Origin: an uncultured Sphaerochaeta sp. | Lineage (GTDB): Bacteria > Spirochaetota > Spirochaetia > Sphaerochaetales > Sphaerochaetaceae | NCBI GenBank assembly: GCA_963677075.1 | Contig: OY781873.1 | Coordinates: forward strand, 1,759,715 to 1,823,714 | Reading direction: 5' to 3' | DNA length: 64,000 nt | Part shown: piece by piece, positions 57,301 to 64,000 of the stretch | Layout: every line of letters starts with the position of its first letter | Numbering within the stretch: the stretch's first letter is position 1 | Position numbers and translations under genes: made by a program | The notes under the pieces: generated by a model | Told to the model about the DNA's origin: nothing | What the model saw: only the letters and a program-made list of their open reading frames with translations | Database searches by the model: none

Positions 57301-57510
57301 AACAGGGACAGTGCCTCCTCGGTATTGGGCTTGGGAGGGCTCGGGATCTCCCCTGTAAAGGTCCAAGAGGAGTTGGACGACAAGTACTATGGCGTTCTTG
57401 ATGAGCTCGAGGCGAAACAGAACGAACTCAAGACTCTCACCGACGACATCATGGCATACCGTTACAACCTGATGGGTATGCCTGCAAATACTCTGAGAAA
57501 AAGGCTTTAA
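54376..57510 (+). CDS. Internal virion (ejection) protein 2, 1044 aa
   Basis: Large helical protein in the ejection-gene position; no domain recognised. Confidence 0.65.
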   Translation: MGVKSYVAGLKADAQASALDTGMNFLGGIASLAKYDQALDQAKDKADITRETTGIEGLNEEFLYNLQYDRDYDSYQEKIDAYFADIEMQLDENELLSDEAKRTIRDEYIPVYKKQISTNAGILRTKGKMAEIEVEVEGLGSALASDSSLDYAQTLKGYKDHLEELQIFNEATVGKMVDEYAYSIAPVKGMQVVQKSYMDHYADDSFSLTESIDQVASELGLDASQKKEMKKQVSSWKTEYDRQMDTMYASQLDEVNAGIAQAYDDGEIFDVSMLDGMMEALPAKHRLGVYKAKKDAYANNDKLLEASILSIADESRMPTEAEWKQVELVHDPEKRDELGSTLLVGYGESLVSSGKSLSEAREAIQSYDGPVSARTRTKALAMFTKAQLDLESDVTKVAKDMLANTGDRIDTIARIPQDTLTDAMETAKPEAPAIDASQLGERGEEYIEEHISEVAEVIAPKISIGLGLPGISVDGLGDRGVPSSPEVAREVARMIVEEQVDAVPHEGVEKPLEGQEAEPEPESELTWEEPWWYSQYSEKRAERRKEIEEERAAYEARLVKQAESVRKEAGVVDAPKESGAYSRPLLERGMTQEALVSNMLQIIKDGEGKYLTQEELALIRNDDIREQMIEMASTKDSFLVDSPLALSFIDSLRRDQNVSSESLRQAVEGFVNNGLIKAETAQDKRLTQKYAFAENPKEADLQAYIGKIADEVFPVKKGEVYNSNRDRLRTTLNDSANKAIAMNPELLGSDFSKLQAQLQTFAVNNLAKNSLDDLEKVTDLMANGDISKRITNLEHSTVSTFLQDVQAGDYDVLINYDVVQQPEIRSLRNADKTIVQDALSRKLTPYKDYQELLDNGTRFEQLKVMANVSFLMAGGALEKALIGSFGIKPSDMKVMGKNWAFSDPKAEGLYFIATDADAEKRGTLGWGMATADSDGVHNLVMFADYVDPQLTYEIETLKKQAGDPMFDSRKQQADRNRDSASSVLGLGGLGISPVKVQEELDDKYYGVLDELEAKQNELKTLTDDIMAYRYNLMGMPANTLRKRL

Positions 57511-57519
57511 GGGACTTGT

Positions 57520-60500
57520 ATGACAGATTTTGAAAAATTGATGCAGAATAGTGAAACCATGCGGATGCTCAAGATTGGGAACCCTGAGAGATCAAAGGAT
57601 TTCGGTATCCCCGATTTGCAGGTTGGATTGTTCGATATTGAGCAAAAGACAAGGGAAGGACTTGAACAAATCATCTACAATTCCCCCGATCCTGATGGTG
57701 CTATAGCAAAGCATGATACGGCCATCATGCTTAACAATTTCGGCATTGACATGGAGACCGCAAACAAGATGGCTGAGTTTGGGTTTGCCTCAGCCGCTAC
57801 AGGCATAGATACACGCGAGAAAACCTATTGGGAGGCATTGAAGAACAAGGCACAGGAAGCCTATTGGACCGATATGCGTGGTATCAATACTTCATTGTAC
57901 CGAATGACCGGAGATACGAAGTTTCTTGAGAATGCGGATGAGTACAATGCGAAGGCCTTGAAGGCCCCGTTGTTCGAATCATACGGGGAATTGGGTGACC
58001 TTGTGCTCTCGGGCGTACAGCCTACTGTTTCCTCCGCTAAATTCATTCTCACCAGTGCACTCCTCTCATGGATACCGGGTGGTGTCGCCAACAAGGTGTG
58101 GGGCCCGGCGGTCTCGAAAGTGCTTGCCAAGGGAGGGGGGATTGCCGCAAACGCCGTGAACCTCTTCTCCACAGGATACTCCCAAGCGGGGAATGTGCTG
58201 TATGACGTGATGCAGATGAAGGATGCCGAGGGGAATACACTCCCTTGGGATTTCCCAATAGGCGGGGTGTTGTTCCACAGCCTTGCAGGCATGATGGGGC
58301 TCGTGGAACTTGGAAGCATGGAAATGTTCCCATGGTATCGCCAGCTCAAGACGAAATTCACAGACAGGGAACTGGTCAAACATCTTGAGAGAGGGCTGGC
58401 CAACGCATTCAAGAATTTCACTTTCAAGAGCATTGAAGGTACGGCAGGAGAGTCGGTGGAGGAGGGGATCCAGTCAGGCCTGGAGGATGGGTTCACCAAC
58501 GCCCTGAAAGCGTTGGCGAACAAGGATGGGGCTGACTTCGACCTAATATCCCTGGGAGACAGCGTGAAGAAAGGCGCGAAGGCTTTCCTCGATGCAGGGA
58601 AAAGCATGTTTCTTACCAGCATGCTTTCAGCTGGTATCGGACAGGGTGTCGTTTCAGCATCCCTACGGGCCAAGGCAAAGAAAAACTTCAACACCACCGA
58701 TTCCTCAGTACCTGTGGATAGTTCATTTGTCAGCGTACCGAAAACTGATGTCGAGGAAGAGGGCAAGGAAGAACCAGATTCAAAAATGGATCCCATCAGG
58801 GTTGCAAACGTGGGAACCCATCTTGTCCCTGTGGATAAATCCGAGGCAAGGAAAGCCGCTAAGGCAAGGAAAAAGAATGCAGAGGCAATGGAGGTTATTG
58901 TAGAGGACCTCGCCCCGATGGAAACGGATGATCGCCTGTCCCTGCTCAACCGTGCGGCGATTGCCACGGAAGGAAAGCTTCTGGGTGATGAGAGCATAGC
59001 ATTCGAGGATGGCGATGCCATGAATCGTGCAATTTACCTTCTCGCCCCAAATATCGAATCTGTGGAAGAAAAAGAGAATGGAGCTGACATCATCCTTCGC
59101 GATGAGAATGGAGCAATCAGCAGGGTTCCCCTGCGCGTATTGCAGGAAGGGCAGGAAGGCACCGAACCAGACATCAGTTATTACGATGATCCAGAGTCCC
59201 CATATAGCTTGGCAAGGGTGTCCGAGGAACAAGCTCTTGCATGGGAGGAGCGAGAGACAATCAAGAGAGCATTGGGAGACCTGGCATCCCATACGGAAGG
59301 ACGTATTTCAACTGCAGATCTCGAGAGCAATGTAGATGCAATTAAACTGGTTGCCGACACACTTGGTATCAGCACTGACCAGATGCTCAGGGAGAATCTG
59401 CTGTTCAAGCTCGTGAAGGCATCTCCTGAGGGGGAGCGCGGGTATATCAACAACATCACGGTGGATGGGAAGAAACAATATACGATCCATCTCACCGAAC
59501 GGGCGGATGCTTCCACCCTGCTCCATGAGATCGGGCACTTCTTGCGTGGTACTGCGACAAAGGAACAGATTGCCGAATTTACAGCCCATTACGGGAAGGG
59601 CTCCACTGGTGTCTGGATTGAGGACATCAACAAGGTGGGTGACAGATATGTTGTCGGGGACCAGACATTTGATACATTTGAGGCTGCGTTGAAAGTGGTC
59701 GAGGCGAATGAGGAAGCATTTGCCGATGACTTTGTCAGATACCTACGGACAGGAGAGGCCCCGACAGAAGGTCTCAGCAACATCTTCAGACGAATGAAGG
59801 CTGTGCTCCAACGTTTCGTCCTGGAGTTTGGAGGAGAGCTGGACCCAGAGGTGAAACAGATGTTTGACAACCTGATTGTCTCAAACACCAAGGAAGGGAC
59901 ACCTCCCACATCAGGCCCAGGAGTGGCTCTGAAACAGAAAGCCCCTGCAACAGATTCGTTCCAGTATAGGATGATTGCGAAGAGTGCCCATGAAACATTG
60001 AAGAATCCCGATGGGTCCCTCCGTGTATTTTTCCACGGCAGTGATCGTGCGATAGACGATTACAGCCCAACTCAGCAAGGGCTTATTACTGGTGCCAACA
60101 GTGCAGGCAAGGCATTCTTCTTTACTGATAGCGAGGAGGTTGCACAAGAGTATGCAGACCTTGCAGCTGAGGCCCGTGCAATGCGAGAGGAGCAAGTGCG
60201 TCTTGAGGCCTTGATGGATGATCTGAATGAGGAAAGCGAGCGCATCACCAAGCAGTGGCACAATGATGAGCTTGATACAGAAGAATATGACCAGATGCTT
60301 GAGGTCTTGGAAGAGCAAATCAACCAAGCAGACGAAAAGCTTGCAAGCATAGAGTCCTCACTTGCAACAGGAGATTTCAATGCATTCCCATCAGAGGCAG
60401 ACCCTGTCCTGAACAGGGTGTATCTTGGCGCTACGAATCTTCTGGAAGTAGAGGGAGACGTCGATATTGATGAGACAATCGAGAAGGCTCTACTGGAAGG

Positions 60501-63500
60501 GTACAATGGAGTTTATTTCAGGAATATCAGTGACTCCCCGAGTGGTCTAGAATCAGACACTGTCGCAATCTTTGACCCCGATGATATCTATTCAATTGGA
60601 GAGGACCAGAGTCAGCCGGATCTCTTCCAAACAGCTCCACCAATCGAGAGCGAAGCATTCAAGGCATGGTTCAAGGACAGCAAAGTGGTGGACGAAAACG
60701 GCCTTCCGTTGAAGGTGTATCACGTTACACCCAACGTGTTCGAAGAATTCAAGCCACAGGGATCTATGAACCATTGGTACTATTTTTCTACAAGCAGGAA
60801 GTGGGTCAATAGATTTGCCAAGGTAAGGTCATACTCCAACCCAATTGTTATGCAGAATTATCTCAGCGTTCAGAATCCCCTGACCCTCAGAGGAAGGCAT
60901 ACATCACTGGAGTGGATTGACATCCTGAAAGGGCACGGAATAACAGTCAATGAGGAATGGTTCCCCGGAAGCGGGGCAAAGAATCCAGAGAAAGTGCAGT
61001 TCTGGGTAATCCTCAGATATGACAATAGTGGTGAACGTGGAGCCCACATAATGCAGGGTATGAAGGATGCCGGATATGATGGGTTACATATTGATGACAT
61101 GCAACACGGGGGTGTTGATGGGGATTCCTGGGTTGTAATGGACCCATCCCAGATCAAGGCTGTAAACAATTATGGGACATGGGATTCCTCCAACCCCAAT
61201 ATCCTATTTCAGCAAGCACCCCCTATTAATAGCGAAGCATTCAAGCAATGGTTCGGTAAAAGCAAGGTCGCGGATGAAAATGGGAATCCGATTGAATTGC
61301 TGCATGGAAGCCCGAACATGTTCGATGATTTCATTCGGACACAGGATAATGACAACGGATATCTGGGTGCTGGGTATTATTTTACCGGGGACAAGGGTAT
61401 AGCGCAGACCTATGCTACAAAAAACAATATAGGATATATCTACCATGCATATTTGAAAATGGATAATCCTCTTCGATATGATCAGGAATGGGACAAAGAA
61501 TGGAGTAAAATTAGAGACGAAATTGTAAAAGAGAACCCAAGAGTGGAGCAATATTCCTCGGAGTTTGGGAAGTTGCTTGCAGAGAAAATCCAATCCTATG
61601 GGTATGACGGGGTGCTTGATCTGCGCAATGGGGAGGTTGTGGAAGCTGTTGTGTTCAGGAATGAACAGATCCGTATAGCATCGGTTGAACCCTACAGTAT
61701 TGAATCAGTCCCAAGGGGTCCTTTGTTCCAGGAGTCCTCAGCTGACGATCGTTATTTCAAGGCGCTGGAGGCAGGCGACGAAACCACAGCCCAGCGGATC
61801 GTGGATGAAATGGCCCGAAGACGAGGGTACATCTCCTCCAATGATTTCAGGATGCAACATCAGGCTCCGAACAGCAAGGATAACTTCAGTGCCAATCTGG
61901 CTAGGCTTGATGAATCAGGGTTATTGCCAAAGGACTATTGGGATCACCCCCGCTGGTATGCAGGGGATACTGAGATGTATTCATTCTGGAAGGTAAGGTC
62001 TGCTCTTGATCGGCTGAAGAAGAATGGCAAAGCCAGGATACGTCTCTATCGTGCAATTCCCAAAAATGTAAGAGAGGATTGGTTCAGAAACGGGGACTGG
62101 GTCACGCCTGATGTTGAATATGCCAGGAACGAAGGCAGGATGATTCCGGGGGGATACAGGATCATCAGCCACTCTGTACCGTTGGAGCATGTATGGTGGG
62201 ATGTGAATTCCATCGCAGAGCTGGGATATGATGATGGCAGGACTTATGCATACCGCAACACCAAGAACAATAGAAAATTGTTTGATCTCATCGTGCGTGA
62301 TGAGGATGGGAACATTGTACCCCCTTCAAAGCGGTTCAACTATCGCAGTGACACGTTGTACCAGAAGTCTGATCCATTGCTGAAGGCTTATCGTCATTGG
62401 GAACCGGAGATTACCTCTACCGGCATCATCAAGGGCGCACCTGAGTGGGTCAAGACCAGAAAAGATTTCAACCATATGATGCAACAGATGCGCAAATTCC
62501 TGCGTGAAGGTGTCTCAGGAAGGTACTGGTATGAGCAGAGTGCTGATGCGGTCTGGAGAATGATGCAGGGGGATCCTGACAAGGTGAGGAAGTTCATCCA
62601 GCTTCTGGCTATCTATTCCCCAAACAACAATGTACCGGGAAATACACTGATGGCTATCAGGGCCTTCTCACATTGGGCGGCTGGTCTCCCTGAGAAGGAT
62701 CTCAGTTCCGGTATGAGTGAGCTTGACAACAAGGCAAAACGGGCACTGTACCATGGGGAGGATTGGGAAGGCAGGAAGACCAATTCTTTCTATATCAATC
62801 TCATGTATGAACTCGTAAGGAAATATCCTGAGGCATTCCCTGATATGGAATTGTCGGATGTCGCCACGATGGACCTCTGGATGGCAAGGGCTTTCGGTTA
62901 CATCGTAGAGGCCTACTCCAACGACAAGGGATCCGGTAAATACTCTTTCAGTGAGAATATCACCAGGCGCCTTGCCGCAGAGATGAATGCAAAGCTGGGA
63001 CCACTCGAGGACCCTTGGACCCCGCACCAGGTGCAGGCGGCGATTTGGTCCTCAATGAAGACTCGTTATGAGTTGAATCATGTAAAAGCTTCTACAAACA
63101 AGGAAAGTCTCAGACTTGGGTATTCGAAATTGAATTCCAAGGGCAAGGTGGAGAATCCTACTTCTGGAGAGAACGAAAAGCTTCACAAGCAATTGTGGAG
63201 AAGCTTTGCCGTAAACAAGGCTGGCACGAGTGCCGAGATAACCAAGGCGGTCGAGGAAACAGGATTCTCATTCAGTGAGGCAATCTATGATTCTTCCCAG
63301 GTGGTGACATGGGAGTCGATTCCCTCTGAATCCACAGGGGCGGATATAACGCACGCATCGATGGCCACAAAGAGACAGTTTACCCGTGAGGCATTGTCCT
63401 TGATCATGGATGTCGAGGGGAATGACCTTCTTGCCTCGATGCTCGGGGTGCCGATTAATTATTCAATATCCAGTGAAGGAGCCTACGCGGGGAGCGTTTC

Positions 63501-64000
63501 CCCGAATATTGTGACATCCTTGTTCCCCGCAAGGGAGAAAGGGAAGGAAGTGACTTTCGATACTGTCAGGAAGTATGCGAAAGCAATTCAGTATATCTAC
63601 AAGCAAGATGCAGTTCCGTTTTTCAAGCCCAACTCCGTACCGTTGGTTTCCAAGACTGCTAGGGAAGAAATGCAATTCAAGGTGGTGAGGTACAGCCGGG
63701 GCAGGGACGGCAGCATATTGAAAGAAACCACAATCCCAAAGAGCAAGGTGGAAACACAAGCCGAAGCGGAACAAGTAAGGGAAGATTATCTTGCAAAGAA
63801 TCCAGGTTTGTCCCCGGAAGATGTGGCTGTGCATGGAGGGAAATACGCCAGAGCTGTTGTATTAACCTTCAAAAACAAACTTCATGATGCTATACTTAAT
63901 GAAGTCCTTGAGGAGTTGCAACAGTACCTTGGTGAGGATGCTGGGTATACCCGTACAGGGAGCAACGAGATCATCGTAGTCAACTATCGGGATGATTTTA
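57520..64000 (+). CDS. Giant polyvalent internal virion protein (>2160 aa, 3'-truncated by the window)
   Basis: Manual translation: no stop from ATG 57520 to base 64000; HEIGH zincin, three H-type ART modules, one R-type ART-like module, HhH-GPD-like domain. Confidence 0.9.
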   Translation, partial: MTDFEKLMQNSETMRMLKIGNPERSKDFGIPDLQVGLFDIEQKTREGLEQIIYNSPDPDGAIAKHDTAIMLNNFGIDMETANKMAEFGFASAATGIDTREKTYWEALKNKAQEAYWTDMRGINTSLYRMTGDTKFLENADEYNAKALKAPLFESYGELGDLVLSGVQPTVSSAKFILTSALLSWIPGGVANKVWGPAVSKVLAKGGGIAANAVNLFSTGYSQAGNVLYDVMQMKDAEGNTLPWDFPIGGVLFHSLAGMMGLVELGSMEMFPWYRQLKTKFTDRELVKHLERGLANAFKNFTFKSIEGTAGESVEEGIQSGLEDGFTNALKALANKDGADFDLISLGDSVKKGAKAFLDAGKSMFLTSMLSAGIGQGVVSASLRAKAKKNFNTTDSSVPVDSSFVSVPKTDVEEEGKEEPDSKMDPIRVANVGTHLVPVDKSEARKAAKARKKNAEAMEVIVEDLAPMETDDRLSLLNRAAIATEGKLLGDESIAFEDGDAMNRAIYLLAPNIESVEEKENGADIILRDENGAISRVPLRVLQEGQEGTEPDISYYDDPESPYSLARVSEEQALAWEERETIKRALGDLASHTEGRISTADLESNVDAIKLVADTLGISTDQMLRENLLFKLVKASPEGERGYINNITVDGKKQYTIHLTERADASTLLHEIGHFLRGTATKEQIAEFTAHYGKGSTGVWIEDINKVGDRYVVGDQTFDTFEAALKVVEANEEAFADDFVRYLRTGEAPTEGLSNIFRRMKAVLQRFVLEFGGELDPEVKQMFDNLIVSNTKEGTPPTSGPGVALKQKAPATDSFQYRMIAKSAHETLKNPDGSLRVFFHGSDRAIDDYSPTQQGLITGANSAGKAFFFTDSEEVAQEYADLAAEARAMREEQVRLEALMDDLNEESERITKQWHNDELDTEEYDQMLEVLEEQINQADEKLASIESSLATGDFNAFPSEADPVLNRVYLGATNLLEVEGDVDIDETIEKALLEGYNGVYFRNISDSPSGLESDTVAIFDPDDIYSIGEDQSQPDLFQTAPPIESEAFKAWFKDSKVVDENGLPLKVYHVTPNVFEEFKPQGSMNHWYYFSTSRKWVNRFAKVRSYSNPIVMQNYLSVQNPLTLRGRHTSLEWIDILKGHGITVNEEWFPGSGAKNPEKVQFWVILRYDNSGERGAHIMQGMKDAGYDGLHIDDMQHGGVDGDSWVVMDPSQIKAVNNYGTWDSSNPNILFQQAPPINSEAFKQWFGKSKVADENGNPIELLHGSPNMFDDFIRTQDNDNGYLGAGYYFTGDKGIAQTYATKNNIGYIYHAYLKMDNPLRYDQEWDKEWSKIRDEIVKENPRVEQYSSEFGKLLAEKIQSYGYDGVLDLRNGEVVEAVVFRNEQIRIASVEPYSIESVPRGPLFQESSADDRYFKALEAGDETTAQRIVDEMARRRGYISSNDFRMQHQAPNSKDNFSANLARLDESGLLPKDYWDHPRWYAGDTEMYSFWKVRSALDRLKKNGKARIRLYRAIPKNVREDWFRNGDWVTPDVEYARNEGRMIPGGYRIISHSVPLEHVWWDVNSIAELGYDDGRTYAYRNTKNNRKLFDLIVRDEDGNIVPPSKRFNYRSDTLYQKSDPLLKAYRHWEPEITSTGIIKGAPEWVKTRKDFNHMMQQMRKFLREGVSGRYWYEQSADAVWRMMQGDPDKVRKFIQLLAIYSPNNNVPGNTLMAIRAFSHWAAGLPEKDLSSGMSELDNKAKRALYHGEDWEGRKTNSFYINLMYELVRKYPEAFPDMELSDVATMDLWMARAFGYIVEAYSNDKGSGKYSFSENITRRLAAEMNAKLGPLEDPWTPHQVQAAIWSSMKTRYELNHVKASTNKESLRLGYSKLNSKGKVENPTSGENEKLHKQLWRSFAVNKAGTSAEITKAVEETGFSFSEAIYDSSQVVTWESIPSESTGADITHASMATKRQFTREALSLIMDVEGNDLLASMLGVPINYSISSEGAYAGSVSPNIVTSLFPAREKGKEVTFDTVRKYAKAIQYIYKQDAVPFFKPNSVPLVSKTAREEMQFKVVRYSRGRDGSILKETTIPKSKVETQAEAEQVREDYLAKNPGLSPEDVAVHGGKYARAVVLTFKNKLHDAILNEVLEELQQYLGEDAGYTRTGSNEIIVVNYRDDF

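Larger units (their letters stand above)
34987..64000 (+). mobile_element. Temperate podovirus-type prophage, continues past the window
   Basis: att, repressor, excisionase, recombination, replication, terminase, portal, capsid, tail tube and ejection genes in order. Confidence 0.95.

Noticed and set aside
47090-64000. Diversity-generating retroelement, suggested by the BPP-1-like head genes
   Set aside because: No reverse transcriptase or TR/VR pair in the window; tail-fibre genes lie beyond it, so this is untested rather than excluded
34987-64000. Alternative genetic code in the prophage
   Set aside because: Genes are long and tightly packed under code 11; the only split (the MTase) involves a frame change, not a readthrough stop

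Overview
Bacterial chromosome segment, probably from a Sphaerochaeta-like spirochaete (inferred from the LPP20/spirochaetal lipoproteins and Firmicute-like fermentative genes; not verified by search). Bases 1-34,980 are host genes: an LpoB/LPP20 lipoprotein cluster, two c-di-GMP enzymes, an IS110 element with a structured non-coding left end, an oxidative-stress operon, pflBA with a Crp/Fnr regulator, a putative flavin-based extracytoplasmic electron-transfer locus (NDH-2/DoxX fusion, prenyl synthase, triple FMN-binding lipoprotein), a polar amino-acid ABC transporter and a degenerate IS1634-like transposase. From about 34,987 to the window end lies a temperate podovirus-type prophage (BPP-1/Bcep22-like head and tail-tube genes) bounded by the duplicated 3' half of tRNA-Leu(GAG). 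Its most unusual features are (i) three tandem tRNA-like RNA folds in the early leader (36,282-36,729), each with a 6-bp T-stem and acceptor-like stem but no normal anticodon arm; (ii) a >2,160-aa reading frame missing from the ORF track (57,520 to beyond 64,000), a putative ejected polyvalent protein with a zincin protease, four ADP-ribosyltransferase-like modules and an HhH-GPD glycosylase-like domain; (iii) a C5 DNA methyltransferase split over two coupled ORFs; (iv) an HTH/initiator-fragment/repeat cassette between terminase and portal. All family assignments are by motif recognition by eye; no database search was run.
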